A stretch of DNA of 40,716 nucleotides from Cytophagales bacterium (GTDB taxonomy: Bacteria > Bacteroidota > Bacteroidia > Cytophagales > UBA9547): the NCBI GenBank assembly GCA_044349205.1, contig JBIKRJ010000002.1:1-40716 (forward strand), given 5' to 3'. The translations under genes were made by a program, and so were the position numbers. Below the pieces are notes generated by a model that was given only the letters and a program-made list of their open reading frames with translations, did no database searches and was not told the origin of the DNA. Shown here one piece after another: positions 24,814 to 35,895 of the stretch. Numbering within the stretch: the first letter of the stretch is position 1; every line of letters starts with the position of its first letter.

Positions 24814-25482
24814 TTATTGTTCTTGTAATAAGACGTCTATTTCCAAAATCAACCTATCCACTTCTTTGGGGTCGGTACCATTATAATAGCCGCGAATGTG
24901 TTTTTGTTTGTCAACCAAGATAAATTTATCGCTATGTATAAAACGATCGGCATCATTTGAGGTACTATCTTCCAAGGCAGAAATGAAATACCCCTTCTGT
25001 GCAAGATCAAATATTTTGTTTTTTTCGCCAGTCAAGAAATACCATTTTCGATTTATTGCCTTGTGTTTTTCGGCATACGCTTTTAAAACACTTATTGAAT
25101 CGTTTTCTGGATCTACTGAATGTGACAATATTAGCACCTCAGGATTGTCAAGGATGGATTCTTGGACCCTTTTTAGCTGAGATGACATTTGTTTGCATAT
25201 ACCGGGGCAACTCGTGAAAAAAAAGTCGGCTATATATATCTTGCCTTCGGTTGTTTTACTAGAAATGGTGTCTCCGTTACTAGATGGAAATGCAAAAAAA
25301 GGAACTTTGTGAAAAACAGTATCGTAACTCAGTTGACCATCAGATTCACTTTCAATTATATCGCGCGGAAAAAAAGTGGGTAGTTTGTAATGGTTATTCC
25401 CAAAAAATTTCAAGAATAGATAAACAAAAACGGGGACGGCAAGCAAAAGCAGCAACATCCCCGTTCTTTTTGACATACCCAT
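24814..25482 (-). CDS. SCO1/SenC family copper chaperone (thioredoxin fold)
   Basis: N-terminal anchor helix. The CxxxC copper motif FFFTSCPGICKQM, and a downstream H in FIHSDKFILVD. Confidence 0.9.
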   Translation of the reverse strand: MGMSKRTGMLLLLLAVPVFVYLFLKFFGNNHYKLPTFFPRDIIESESDGQLSYDTVFHKVPFFAFPSSNGDTISSKTTEGKIYIADFFFTSCPGICKQMSSQLKRVQESILDNPEVLILSHSVDPENDSISVLKAYAEKHKAINRKWYFLTGEKNKIFDLAQKGYFISALEDSTSNDADRFIHSDKFILVDKQKHIRGYYNGTDPKEVDRLILEIDVLLQEQ

Positions 25483-25486
25483 TTTT

Positions 25487-25828
25487 TTATCTAACCATCA
25501 ATACTGCATTACCTTCGTACAGCATAGAAATGATAAACCACAAAATAAAAATCACTGGAAGAGCGATAGCTAAAATAAGCATTTTTACTTCGTGACGGAG
25601 GTGCATAAACTCCGCTACAATGTAAAAGGCTTTTAATAGTGTAAGCGAGATAAACACAATTACTACAAACAAATGATTGATGTGGAAAGGACCTTTGGCA
25701 AAAGCAAGAATAAACTCTAAAACGGTAATGCCAAACATTACCCAAAATGTCCTCCAAATTGCTCCTCTTTGCTTAACTGATTCCGGTGATGTTTCAGGTA
25801 CAAACTGACCTACAGAACTAGACGCCAT
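25487..25828 (-). CDS. Cytochrome c oxidase subunit IV-like small membrane protein
   Basis: 113 aa with three TM helices, positioned directly after the subunit III genes as in caa3/aa3 operons. Confidence 0.65.
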   Translation of the reverse strand: MASSSVGQFVPETSPESVKQRGAIWRTFWVMFGITVLEFILAFAKGPFHINHLFVVIVFISLTLLKAFYIVAEFMHLRHEVKMLILAIALPVIFILWFIISMLYEGNAVLMVR

Positions 25829-25855
25829 CTCTAATAATTTTATAGTTGTTTTTTA

Positions 25856-26614
25856 TTATACTAAATAGAAGAAAGTGAAAACAAATACCCAAACCAAATC
25901 TACAAAGTGCCAATATAAACCTACTTTTTCTACCATTTCGTAATGTCCTCGCTTTTCATAGAGTCCGTTTGCCACATTAAAAAAAATGATAATGTTCAAC
26001 ACCACACCACTAAATACGTGAGTACCGTGGAAACCTGTGATGAAGAAAAACAAATCGGCGAATGCAGGTGGACCATATTCGTTACGCATCAAATTAGCTC
26101 CAAACACCTTCGTGCCGTCGGCTAAAGTCAAGCCATTTTCGGAACCTCCAATAAAGATTGACCACTCCCATGCTTGGCAGCTTACAAAGGCAATACCGCC
26201 AAGTATAGTCCATAACATCCATTTTTGAACAGCAAGTTTGTCCATACGGTGACCAGCTTCCACGGCAAGAACCATCGTAACGCTACTCATGATGAGGATG
26301 AATGTCATTAAACCCACAAAAACAAGCGGCAAATGCGCGTGAGTAAGTGGAAAGTGAGTGAAAACGTGCTCGGGCACTGGCCAATACTCAGTTGAGAAGA
26401 TAAACTTTTCATGTCCATCTACCATTACCCTTGAAGCTTCGGGAGCTCCATGATGCGCAAAGCGAATCATTCCGTAGGTTATGAGCAGAGCAGAAAAAGT
26501 AAAAGTATCTGACAAGAGGAAAAACCACATCATCAATTTGCCATAACTTGCCTTTAGTGGTTCTATTCCACCTTTCCAAAGAGATTTGTCATCCAATGCA
26601 ACTGCTTGTGCCAT
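25856..26614 (-). CDS. ctaE: Cytochrome c oxidase subunit III
   Basis: FFITGFHGTHVFSGV and YWHFVDLVWVFVFTFFYLV, the subunit III C-terminal signature. Confidence 0.85.
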   Translation of the reverse strand: MAQAVALDDKSLWKGGIEPLKASYGKLMMWFFLLSDTFTFSALLITYGMIRFAHHGAPEASRVMVDGHEKFIFSTEYWPVPEHVFTHFPLTHAHLPLVFVGLMTFILIMSSVTMVLAVEAGHRMDKLAVQKWMLWTILGGIAFVSCQAWEWSIFIGGSENGLTLADGTKVFGANLMRNEYGPPAFADLFFFITGFHGTHVFSGVVLNIIIFFNVANGLYEKRGHYEMVEKVGLYWHFVDLVWVFVFTFFYLV

Positions 26615-26620
26615 AGAAAA

Positions 26621-27211
26621 TTATCTATTTATCATTAAGAAAATATACAAATACAACCAAAGTCCGTCCAAAAAATGCCAATACGTCGCACACATTTCAT
26701 ATTGCGCAAGATTTTTGGCATGAATGTTCTGTTTAAAGGCCGAAATTAATACAATTATTATAAAAATTAAACCCGAAATAAGGTGAAATGCGTGCAAACC
26801 TGTCAGCACATACAAAAAGGCCTCTGAAGGATTTGAAAATGAAAAGAATATCTTGTTGCTAACCAATTCTTTCCAACCTTCTATTTGCATCCACAAAAAC
26901 AAAATTCCCAAGAACAAGGAAGCCCCAATTGCAATCTTGAGTTTTTGTAATTCGTCATTTTTTGCATTTACATACCCCCAATGCACAGTAGCGCTACTCA
27001 GTAACAGCACAAAGGTACTATAAAGAAATATGGAGGGAAGTTCGAATATTTTCCAATTTCCTTCGGCTTGACGCACTATATAAGCGCTTGTAAGCGAAAC
27101 GAAAATCATCACTATGCTCACTATGAATAGCCAAAGAATAAACTTCTTGGGATTCATAGACAAAGAAACCCCGTTGTCCTCAACTGATTCTATTTCATCT
27201 CTCTTGCTCAT
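26621..27211 (-). CDS. Second cytochrome oxidase subunit III-family protein
   Basis: LTGLHAFHLISGLIF and ATYWHFLDGLWLYLYIFL. 196 aa with five TM helices. Confidence 0.8.
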   Translation of the reverse strand: MSKRDEIESVEDNGVSLSMNPKKFILWLFIVSIVMIFVSLTSAYIVRQAEGNWKIFELPSIFLYSTFVLLLSSATVHWGYVNAKNDELQKLKIAIGASLFLGILFLWMQIEGWKELVSNKIFFSFSNPSEAFLYVLTGLHAFHLISGLIFIIIVLISAFKQNIHAKNLAQYEMCATYWHFLDGLWLYLYIFLMINR

Positions 27212-28092
27212 ACTCTATCAATCATAAATACAATTTGAATCACCAGCAAATAGATAAAAGAACCAAACATAATTTGTTTGGCAGCTTTATCGTTAGAACA
27301 ATCTTTCATCAAATGGAATGTTTGAGCCAAAAACAACACCCCGGCACAAGTGGTAACTACTGCTGAATTTATTCCAGTAAGGCCGAAATAAGTAGGCAAC
27401 AATCCAAGAGGAATCAAAAAAAGAGTGTAAACCATGATTTGGAAAGCGGTGTTAAGGTTTTTACCTCCATCTGAAGGCAACAATCTAAAGCCTGCTTTTT
27501 TATAATCCTCGTCCAACACCCAAGCAATCGCCCAAAAATGAGGGAACTGCCACACAAATTGAATAGCAAAAAGAATTAGTGCAAATAAATTTATCGAATT
27601 AGTGGCAGCAACCCAACCAATTAATGGTGGTAAGGCCCCCGGAATCGCACCAACAAAAACGGCGATTGGCCCTACCCTTTTTAATGGTGTGTACACGAAT
27701 GCATATAAAAACAAAGAGGTGGCAGAGAGAATGCATGTATATAAGTTCACCTTGAACATAAGAATGAAACTGCCAATCAAAAACGCAACTATGGCAAAAA
27801 TACCCGCTTGCACTCCGTTTAGTCTTCCACTAGGCAATGGGCGCGACATGGTGCGCTTCATTTTGACGTCGTACTCTTCTTCCAATAGCTGATTGATGGC
27901 ATTTGCGGAACCTGTCACTAAGAAAGACCCCAATGCAAACCACAGCAACACATGAAAATCAAAATCTAAAGTGGCCAAACTAAACCCTACAACTCCCGAA
28001 AAAACGACAAAAAACGACAAGCGAAATTTCATTAAATCGCTGAAGCTTCTTATGTCTTGAAGTAGGTTAGTATTTGAGGAAATCGACAACAT
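27208..28092 (-). CDS. cyoE: Protoheme IX farnesyltransferase (heme O synthase)
   Basis: UbiA-family motifs NQLLEEEYDVKMKRTMSRPLPSGR and WQFPHFWAIAW. There is a 4 nt overlap with the downstream gene. Confidence 0.9.
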   Translation of the reverse strand: MLSISSNTNLLQDIRSFSDLMKFRLSFFVVFSGVVGFSLATLDFDFHVLLWFALGSFLVTGSANAINQLLEEEYDVKMKRTMSRPLPSGRLNGVQAGIFAIVAFLIGSFILMFKVNLYTCILSATSLFLYAFVYTPLKRVGPIAVFVGAIPGALPPLIGWVAATNSINLFALILFAIQFVWQFPHFWAIAWVLDEDYKKAGFRLLPSDGGKNLNTAFQIMVYTLFLIPLGLLPTYFGLTGINSAVVTTCAGVLFLAQTFHLMKDCSNDKAAKQIMFGSFIYLLVIQIVFMIDRV

Positions 28093-28093
28093 T

Positions 28094-29089
28094 TTAAACT
28101 ACAACTGCCATTTGATGAGACGATGCACGAGAAGGAAATTTTACTAATAGCCATGTATAGAACTGAATTCCAAATACAAGCGTCGCGAGAAATAGATGAA
28201 ATGGTTGTGTGTAGAATGGAATTGAAAACCAAACCATCGAAACTCCAAATGCATATTCCATGACTAACAAAAACATTACTACAGTGTACAGCTTTGCAAT
28301 TTGGTGTGCCAACCCGTATGTCCTGAATAGTTTGTAAAATAGTAAAGCATTAAACACAATGATAGAAATGGCTAAAATCCGATGAAGCATAAATACATTT
28401 CCCAGTTCTCCTATCCAGTTCTCTCTATTCAATTCATTGTATTTCAATGCAATGGTATCAATCTCTTGCCTTACTTGTGTGCCCATCAAAATTTGAACAA
28501 AAGTCAAAACCGAAAACAATAAAAGCAGATAACTGTACTTTCTTTCCAACTTTAATTGGGATAATGTTTGAACTGACCTGAAAAGGAACAAAGTAAGCGA
28601 AACAATCAACAAAGCAATCAGCATGTGTATTGTAATCATGTATTTGGAGAGATTGGTTGCGACAACTTTAGCCCCTATCCAACCTTGAAAACATGTGAGT
28701 ATAAAAATCAAAAAGGAAAAAAGAAAGAAAAATCGCTGTTTGGTAACGAAACGAAACGAATAAACTAAAGTGCCAAAAATAGAGAACCCTACCAAAACAC
28801 CCAACAATCTATTTATATATTCAATCCATGTTTTGAACACATTAAAATCGGCTATGTGATGGGTTCCCACTTTAAATATTTCTTTATAGTTGGATGGAAG
28901 TTGGTTTACTTCTGTCGGTGGTACCCATTGTCCAAAACATTTAGGCCAATCGGGACAACCCATTCCAGAACCTGTACTTCTTACAATAGCTCCGGCCAAA
29001 ATAACTAAGTACAGAAGTACAAGCGAGAGCAGAACAAGCTTTCTAAAACGCTTTACCGTATTAGTGGGCATTTGAAGAGGCAATGTCAT
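28094..29089 (-). CDS. ctaA: Heme A synthase (COX15/CtaA family)
   Basis: RSTGSGMGCPDWPKCFG, multiple TM helices and conserved His (IHMLIAL, LHRILAI). The start may be the internal MPTNT. Either start overlaps the coxI 3' end. Confidence 0.8.
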   Translation of the reverse strand: MTLPLQMPTNTVKRFRKLVLLSLVLLYLVILAGAIVRSTGSGMGCPDWPKCFGQWVPPTEVNQLPSNYKEIFKVGTHHIADFNVFKTWIEYINRLLGVLVGFSIFGTLVYSFRFVTKQRFFFLFSFLIFILTCFQGWIGAKVVATNLSKYMITIHMLIALLIVSLTLFLFRSVQTLSQLKLERKYSYLLLLFSVLTFVQILMGTQVRQEIDTIALKYNELNRENWIGELGNVFMLHRILAISIIVFNALLFYKLFRTYGLAHQIAKLYTVVMFLLVMEYAFGVSMVWFSIPFYTQPFHLFLATLVFGIQFYTWLLVKFPSRASSHQMAVVV

Positions 29090-30923
29090 TCTGCTCCTCT
29101 TTCAACAACTCCTTTTCATGTTCTAGATTGGAGTTGAGCGTAGCAGACAAAGGAACATTCTGAGGGATAAAATCGTCATCTGCACCATCTTTGCTGTAAT
29201 CGTAAGGCCAACGGTAAACACTTGGAATTTCGCCAGGCCAATTACCATGTCCAGGATTAACTGGTGTAGTCCATTCTAGCGTATTAGAATGCCATGGGTT
29301 TTCGCTTGCCTTTCTCCCTTTGAAGATACTATATATAAAGTTGAAAAGGAATAAAAACTGTGCACCAAAGGTTAAGAAAGCTGCTACACTTATAAATTGA
29401 TTCAAATCTGTAAAGGTGCTGAAAGAATCAAAACCAGTATGTGAATAGTATCTTCTTGGAAATCCTGCAATACCAATGTAGTGCATTGGGAAGAATACTA
29501 GATAGGCACCTATGAAGGTTACCCAAAAATGTATGTAACCTAAACTTGCATCCATCATTCTGCCAAACATTTTTGGGAACCAGTGATAAATACCTGCCAC
29601 CATTCCAAAGAATGAGGCAGTACCCATTACCAAGTGAAAGTGTGCAACTACAAAATAGGTGTCATGCAACTGAATATCCAAGGCGGCATTTCCCAAAATC
29701 AAACCAGTCAACCCACCCGAAATAAAGTAAGATACCAAACCTATAGAAAACAACATAGCAGGTGTGAATACAATGTTACCACGCCACAGAGTCGCAATAT
29801 AATTAAATGCTTTAACAGCCGAAGGAACTGCAATTACTAATGTAAGCAACATGAATATGGAGCCCAAGAAAGGGTTCATTCCTGTTACAAACATGTGGTG
29901 TGCCCAAACAATGAAAGAGAGAAAAGCTATGCCTAGGATAGAACCAATCATAGCCTTGTAACCAAAAATAGGTTTTCTAGAATTGGTGGCTATTATCTCG
30001 GAAGTGATCCCTAAGGCAGGAAGCAACACAATGTATACTTCAGGGTGTCCCAAAAACCAAAACAAGTGTTGAAATAATATGGGACTACCACCCATGTTGT
30101 GCAACGCTTCACCAGCTACATAGATTTCAGACAAATAGAAACTAGTGCCAAAACTCCTGTCAAAAATCAAGAGCAAAGCAGCTGAAAACAAAACTGGAAA
30201 TGAAAGTACACCAATGATAGCCGTTATCAGGAATGCCCAAACTGTTAAAGGGAGTCTTAAGAATGACATACCCTTAGTTCTTAGGTTGATAACAGTTGTA
30301 ATATAATTTATGCTTCCTAATAGGCTTGACACAATAAATAGGGACATACTACACAGCCAAAGAGTCATACCCAAGCCAGAACCAGACATAGCTTGTGGTA
30401 ACGCACTAAGGGGAGGATAGATAACCCAACCACCACTTGCAGGCCCTGTTTCGATGAAAATGGAAACAAACATGATAACACTTGATGCAAAGAAGAACCA
30501 GTATGAAAGCATGTTCAAAAATCCTGATGCCATGTCTCTAGCACCAATTTGAAGCGGTATTAAAAAGTTACTGAATGTACCACTCAAACCCGCAGTCAGT
30601 ACAAAGAATACCATGATAGTACCATGCATGGTGACCAATGCAAGATAAAACTCTGGATTCATTTTGCCATTTTCAATCCACTCACCTAAGAGGGGCTTCA
30701 ACCAATCTAAATTTGCATCGGGGAAACCTAACTGCAATCTAAACAGCATAGACATGCCACCACCCAAAATAGCCCAAAACATTCCAGAAATTAAGAACTG
30801 TTTTGCTATTACCTTGTGATCTTCTGAAAAGATATAATTTCTGATGAAACTCTGTTCATGGTGTTCATGCTCGTCGTGTGCATGAACGTCGTGAGAATGA
30901 ACTTTTAGGTCAACAGTTGCCAT
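29061..30923 (-). CDS. ctaD: Cytochrome c oxidase subunit I (heme-copper oxidase, A-type)
   Basis: GHPEVYIVLLPALG, WAHHMF, HDTYFVVAHFHLVM. 620 aa with about 12-14 TM helices. Confidence 0.95.
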   Translation of the reverse strand: MATVDLKVHSHDVHAHDEHEHHEQSFIRNYIFSEDHKVIAKQFLISGMFWAILGGGMSMLFRLQLGFPDANLDWLKPLLGEWIENGKMNPEFYLALVTMHGTIMVFFVLTAGLSGTFSNFLIPLQIGARDMASGFLNMLSYWFFFASSVIMFVSIFIETGPASGGWVIYPPLSALPQAMSGSGLGMTLWLCSMSLFIVSSLLGSINYITTVINLRTKGMSFLRLPLTVWAFLITAIIGVLSFPVLFSAALLLIFDRSFGTSFYLSEIYVAGEALHNMGGSPILFQHLFWFLGHPEVYIVLLPALGITSEIIATNSRKPIFGYKAMIGSILGIAFLSFIVWAHHMFVTGMNPFLGSIFMLLTLVIAVPSAVKAFNYIATLWRGNIVFTPAMLFSIGLVSYFISGGLTGLILGNAALDIQLHDTYFVVAHFHLVMGTASFFGMVAGIYHWFPKMFGRMMDASLGYIHFWVTFIGAYLVFFPMHYIGIAGFPRRYYSHTGFDSFSTFTDLNQFISVAAFLTFGAQFLFLFNFIYSIFKGRKASENPWHSNTLEWTTPVNPGHGNWPGEIPSVYRWPYDYSKDGADDDFIPQNVPLSATLNSNLEHEKELLKEEQNDIASSNAH

Positions 30924-30934
30924 AATCTAACTAT

Positions 30935-31987
30935 TTATAATGAGGAAAGTTCTTTGTTCTGATTTGTTGTTTCAGTTTTAGCACTTGGCGAATACTTTTT
31001 CAGCGATTCAGCAAAATAATCTTCATTTTGCGATTTCCATGATTTTTGAGAAGCTAACCATTTCACATATTCTTCAGGCTCGTCCACCACAACGATGAAA
31101 CGCATTGCGAAATGGCCTCTTCCACATACTTCTGTACAAGCTAATTCGTAATTAAATTCAGCATTACCCGTTTTTTCGCGCATTTCGGATGTAGAAATAG
31201 TAGGAGTAAACCAAAAACTTGTAGGCATTCCAGGAACTGCATCCATCTTAACTCTGAAGTGTGGCAAAAAGACACTATGAATCACATCTCTAGCGCGTAT
31301 TTTCAAAAGAACTGGTTTACCTTTTTGAAAATGCAATTCTCTGGGAATAAAATCATCTTGACTGTTTTTGTCTTCCACTTTTATTCCAAATTCGTTATTT
31401 GCATCAATACGTTTGAAGCTCTGTTGACCAAGTTTGCCATCAACACCAGGATATCTTACTTGCCAGGCAAACTGTTTGCCCATTACTTCTACAACATTGG
31501 AATTAGAAGGGGCTTCTTGTGTAATATTTGTCCAAATTTTTAAACCCGAAAATAGAAGAACCACTAGCACTATGGCGGGAATGATTGTCCAAACTCTTTC
31601 AAGAGTGTGGTTGTCTGGATAAAAATAAGCCTTTCTGTCTTCTCTGTAATGATATTTCAGAGGGAAAACAAAGAGTAAAACGTTGGTAAGAAAAAATGCA
31701 ATCAAAATAATCACCATAGATATCCAAAACAAATTATCTGTTTCAACACCATGAATAGAAGCGGGTTCTGGTAAGTAATACTTCTTAGCCACTTCATGAT
31801 ATGCAAACATCCCAACAAACATGAAAATCATAAATGCCACAAACAAGTAACCGTGTACTTTATTAGACTTATCAACACGTTGATTATAGGAACCTTTTAA
31901 TACGTTAATTAGTACTTGGGTTCTAAATAGCATGAAAAGGATTGCTAGTAATAGCAGAACTCCTGTAATTATAAGAAAGGTGGTCAT
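30935..31987 (-). CDS. ctaC: Cytochrome c oxidase subunit II (CuA subunit, no fused cytochrome c domain)
   Basis: N-terminal TM helices. DVIHSVFLPHFRVKMDAVPG and the CuA ligand block CTEVCGRGHFAM. No CxxCH motif anywhere in the 350 aa. Confidence 0.9.
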   Translation of the reverse strand: MTTFLIITGVLLLLAILFMLFRTQVLINVLKGSYNQRVDKSNKVHGYLFVAFMIFMFVGMFAYHEVAKKYYLPEPASIHGVETDNLFWISMVIILIAFFLTNVLLFVFPLKYHYREDRKAYFYPDNHTLERVWTIIPAIVLVVLLFSGLKIWTNITQEAPSNSNVVEVMGKQFAWQVRYPGVDGKLGQQSFKRIDANNEFGIKVEDKNSQDDFIPRELHFQKGKPVLLKIRARDVIHSVFLPHFRVKMDAVPGMPTSFWFTPTISTSEMREKTGNAEFNYELACTEVCGRGHFAMRFIVVVDEPEEYVKWLASQKSWKSQNEDYFAESLKKYSPSAKTETTNQNKELSSL

Positions 31988-32006
31988 AGGTAGATTATTT
32001 TCTTAA

Positions 32007-33329
32007 TTAAATATCGTGTTGAATACTCTCCTCAAGCATTGGATGATTCTTAGGTATTAACAAGGCTTTTGATAAAAAGTTTGCTACTACGTAGCCAAAA
32101 ATTCCAAGATATATAAGGATAGAGCCAATTTCAAGTGCACCAAAACCACTATTTCCTTTTGTAGTACCTGGCATCACCATCAGATAAAAATCTAACCAAT
32201 GGCCAAACAACAATCCTATACAAACAATTTTCAAGAAAATTGTTAATCTCTTCGATTCTCTCGTCATTAAACCAATGAATGGGAATACGAAGTTGATAAA
32301 TATGTTCACAAAGAAAAGACCATAGTATGCACCGCCAAAACGGCTCAAACGATCGATGAAATAGTTGGTTTCCTCTGGAATATTCGCATAAAAAATTAAG
32401 AGAAACTGCGCAAACCAAACGTATGTCCAAAATATACTGAACGCAAACATAAATTTACCCAAATCGTGCAAATGGCTGTCATTAACAATTTTCAAATAGC
32501 CATTTTCTTTCAACAGCAATACCACAAGCGTGATTGCGGCTAAACCACTTACATGCCAGCTAGCCAATACATACCAACCAAACATTGTACTAAACCAATG
32601 CGGGTCGATTGACATCACCCAATCCCAAGCAGATGTTGAAGAAGTAACTCCAAAAATTAATAGAAATGTAGCTCCCAACACAATGCTTTTGTTGTAATGT
32701 TCCGTACCACCATTCAAATCCTCTTTCAGAGATTGATTTCGCATGGCTTTGAACAATACAAACCAAAGAATGAAATAAGCTGCCATTCTTCCAAAATAAA
32801 AAGGAAGATTTAAATATCCCGCCTTCCCAGCTAAAATCTTGTCATAGCTTGGATTTAATGTCTTTCCATCTTCCAAAAACTTGTTTGTCAATCCTTCGTG
32901 AGTCCAATGAAACAAATCGTGGTGACCGAAAATAAAAACACCAAACATCATAACAGCGGCAACAGGAAGAAAATAGCCAAAAGATTGTGGAATTCTAATG
33001 ATGGCAGAAGACCAGCCTGCATAGGCAACATAGTTGTAAGCACAAAAGAAAACACTTATAACAGCTATGCCAGTAAAAAAGAGATTGTTAACCCACAAAG
33101 TGGCAAACAATCTTTGTGTCCAATGAAAAACGTGTTCGCCACCGTGAACAGCAGCACCGGCTTCATGATGACCTTCTGCTGCATGTCCTTGACCGTTCAA
33201 AAGCAATACTATGCCTAAACCGAAAAGCAATACACCGCTCAAAATAATGAGTAGTAAGTTCTTTTTTAGTTTAGGTGAAAAAACAAATTTTTCTTCTAAA
33301 TCTACATGATGTTCAACGTGAACTCCCAT
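32007..33329 (-). CDS. actF: Alternative complex III subunit ActF (NrfD-like membrane subunit 2)
   Basis: 440 aa polytopic membrane protein located after ActE in the canonical actABCDEF order. Confidence 0.75.
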   Translation of the reverse strand: MGVHVEHHVDLEEKFVFSPKLKKNLLLIILSGVLLFGLGIVLLLNGQGHAAEGHHEAGAAVHGGEHVFHWTQRLFATLWVNNLFFTGIAVISVFFCAYNYVAYAGWSSAIIRIPQSFGYFLPVAAVMMFGVFIFGHHDLFHWTHEGLTNKFLEDGKTLNPSYDKILAGKAGYLNLPFYFGRMAAYFILWFVLFKAMRNQSLKEDLNGGTEHYNKSIVLGATFLLIFGVTSSTSAWDWVMSIDPHWFSTMFGWYVLASWHVSGLAAITLVVLLLKENGYLKIVNDSHLHDLGKFMFAFSIFWTYVWFAQFLLIFYANIPEETNYFIDRLSRFGGAYYGLFFVNIFINFVFPFIGLMTRESKRLTIFLKIVCIGLLFGHWLDFYLMVMPGTTKGNSGFGALEIGSILIYLGIFGYVVANFLSKALLIPKNHPMLEESIQHDI

Positions 33330-33355
33330 TTTGTTACCTTTTTATTAGAATAAAA

Positions 33356-33964
33356 CTATTGATTTTGAAGTGTTTGTACATAATGTACTACTTTCCAACG
33401 TTCCTCCACACTAAGTTGAGAAGCGTGTGGCCACATTCTATTTCTGCCAAAAGTGATGGTATGGAAAATATGACCAGGTTTGTCTTCTTTCACCCTACCT
33501 TTAGAATAAGATGGAACACCTTTGTAAAGCTGACCTACAGGGCCATCTCCTTGGCCAGTTTCTCCATGACAATGTTGGCAATATCTTGTATACAATACTT
33601 TTCCTTCTTCCAAAACCTGAGCAGAGGAATCAATAGGATTGAGTAAAACTCTACCTGCCAATTCAAAACTGTCTTTGTGAAAGTGATATAATGACGGTTG
33701 CTCATCAATTAAATCTTTGTTGGGATTGTAAGCATCTCTTTTGATTGTGTTTTTTGCTGGAACCCTCATGTTCATACCATGTGGGTTGTGAGGATTGGAG
33801 CTATAATCATCTCCGTACTTTCTGTCAACCACTTGTGTAAGTGGTTCATATGCATCGGAAACATACATTTGAGAAGCATATTCCCTACCTGTATCTTGAG
33901 TGCCCCTTTTGCAAGAAAAAAAAGTTACAGCACAAATAGTGAAGAATAAGACTATGTTTTTCAT
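33356..33964 (-). CDS. actE: Alternative complex III subunit ActE (lipoprotein monoheme cytochrome c)
   Basis: A single CQHCHG heme motif. The preferred ATG at 33964 gives the lipoprotein signal MKNIVLFFTICAVTFFSC. The ORF-track start at 33979 is GTG. Confidence 0.8.
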   Translation of the reverse strand: MKNIVLFFTICAVTFFSCKRGTQDTGREYASQMYVSDAYEPLTQVVDRKYGDDYSSNPHNPHGMNMRVPAKNTIKRDAYNPNKDLIDEQPSLYHFHKDSFELAGRVLLNPIDSSAQVLEEGKVLYTRYCQHCHGETGQGDGPVGQLYKGVPSYSKGRVKEDKPGHIFHTITFGRNRMWPHASQLSVEERWKVVHYVQTLQNQ

Positions 33965-33981
33965 TTTACAAGAAATCACTT

Positions 33982-34506
33982 TTATAACTCTTTTTCAAAA
34001 ACTTCGGAAGCTCCATTATCTTTCAGGATTTTATTGATTTTTTCCTGCGAATGATGGTTTTTACCCAAATCGATTGCTACCACAAACTTATCGTCAGTAC
34101 TTCTTGGGTCAAACATTTTGGGTGTAAAACCAGGTATCAATTTGGCGATGACAAAAAATGTAAGTGTCATGCCATAAGCCGTGAGTAAAACTGTACATTC
34201 AAAAGTCACCGGTATGAAAATAGGAGGTGCAGCATTTGGCTTACCACCAATGTTCATAGGCCAATCTACCGCCATCATCGAATAAATCATGGTGACACCC
34301 AAACAAAAGCCAAGTGTTCCAAACAAAAAGGCCACAATGTCGATTCGGCTTCTTTCATAACCTAAAGCCCTGTCCAATCCGTGTATAGGAAACGGTGAAA
34401 AAACTTCATGAATCTTTACACCTTCATGACGAATATGCTCTACTGAATGAACCAGCACATCTTCATCGTCAAATATGCCTACTATGTATTTGTTTTGTCC
34501 TGACAT
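33982..34506 (-). CDS. actD: Alternative complex III subunit ActD (DUF3341 family)
   Basis: 174 aa. N-terminal soluble domain (IVGIFDDEDVLVHSVEHIR) and two TM helices. Positioned between ActC and ActE. Confidence 0.8.
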   Translation of the reverse strand: MSGQNKYIVGIFDDEDVLVHSVEHIRHEGVKIHEVFSPFPIHGLDRALGYERSRIDIVAFLFGTLGFCLGVTMIYSMMAVDWPMNIGGKPNAAPPIFIPVTFECTVLLTAYGMTLTFFVIAKLIPGFTPKMFDPRSTDDKFVVAIDLGKNHHSQEKINKILKDNGASEVFEKEL

Positions 34507-34521
34507 AACGCGACTAGTAAT

Positions 34522-35877
34522 TTACTTTTTAGCAGATGATGATTTAAGTACCGACTTCACTTCAGCCATGTTTATCACTGGTAAAAACTTGGCAAATAAG
34601 AAGAAGAAGGTAAAGAACAGACCAAATGAGAAAATGTAATCACCGATGTCGTACATAGTCGGATAAAACATTGTCCAACTTGAAGGAAGGTAGTCTCTAT
34701 GTAAAGAACTTACGATAATTACAAACCTTTCAAACCACATTCCAATATTTACAATAATACTGATGACAAAGGTAGCGGCTATATTTCGACGTATTTTCCT
34801 AATCCAAAACAACTGTGGGGAAATCACATTACATGTCATCATAGACCAATAAGCCCACCAATAAGGTCCAGTCGCACGATTGATAAAACAATAACCTTCG
34901 TATTCAACACCCGAATACCACGCAATAAAGAATTCTGTGATGTAAGCAACACCCACAATTGATCCAGTCAAAGTGATGATTTTGTTCATTGACTCGATGT
35001 GGGTTATGGTCACATAATCTTCCAATTTAAACACCTTCCTTGTGACCAACATCAAGGTAAGTACCATTGCAAAACCAGAAAAAATAGCACCTGCAACAAA
35101 ATAAGGTGGGAATATAGTAGTGTGCCAACCCGGAATAACAGAGGTTGCAAAGTCCATACTTACTATTGTGTGAACCGACAATACAAGAGGAGTGGAAACA
35201 CCTGCCAAAATCAAACTCACTTGTTCGTAGCGTTGCCAATCTTTGGCCCCACCACTCCAATTGAAACTAAGGATACCATATACTTTGCGCGAAATACCCG
35301 TAGCTCTTTCGCGAATGGTGGCAAGGTCGGGGATAAGTCCAACATACCAAAACAGAATTGAAACAGACAAATAAGTACTAATCGCAAAAACGTCCCATAC
35401 CAGAGGAGAATTGAAGTTTACCCACAAAGAGCCATAGGTATTTGGCAAAGGAAGAGCCCAATTGGCCAACCAAGTTCTGCCCATATGCATCAAAATGAAG
35501 CTACCTGCACAAAACACCGCAAAAATCGTCATCGCCTCTGCAGCACGGTTAATTGAAGTCCTCCATTTCTGACGGAAAAGCAACAAAACTGCTGAAATTA
35601 GGGTTCCTGCATGACCAATACCTACCCACCACACAAAGTTGGTAATATCCCATGCCCAGCCTACCGTTCTATTCAATCCCCAAACCCCTAAACCAACAGT
35701 CCAAGTTTTGTAAAGACAGTAACTACCATAGCCTAATGCCAAAACGGAAATACCAAAAGCAAAATACCATAGGTTGGTAGGCTTTCCTTCTACTTGCTTG
35801 CATATATCATTTGTAACATCGTGTAGTTTCTTACCGCCTGTTACCAATGGTGCTCTTACGTGAGATGTAACTTGCAT
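34522..35877 (-). CDS. actC: Alternative complex III subunit ActC (NrfD/PsrC-like quinol-interacting membrane subunit)
   Basis: 451 aa with about 10 TM helices and NrfD-like sequence character. Immediately follows the Fe-S subunit. Confidence 0.85.
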   Translation of the reverse strand: MQVTSHVRAPLVTGGKKLHDVTNDICKQVEGKPTNLWYFAFGISVLALGYGSYCLYKTWTVGLGVWGLNRTVGWAWDITNFVWWVGIGHAGTLISAVLLLFRQKWRTSINRAAEAMTIFAVFCAGSFILMHMGRTWLANWALPLPNTYGSLWVNFNSPLVWDVFAISTYLSVSILFWYVGLIPDLATIRERATGISRKVYGILSFNWSGGAKDWQRYEQVSLILAGVSTPLVLSVHTIVSMDFATSVIPGWHTTIFPPYFVAGAIFSGFAMVLTLMLVTRKVFKLEDYVTITHIESMNKIITLTGSIVGVAYITEFFIAWYSGVEYEGYCFINRATGPYWWAYWSMMTCNVISPQLFWIRKIRRNIAATFVISIIVNIGMWFERFVIIVSSLHRDYLPSSWTMFYPTMYDIGDYIFSFGLFFTFFFLFAKFLPVINMAEVKSVLKSSSAKK

Positions 35878-35895
35878 CCTTCTAAAATATTATAA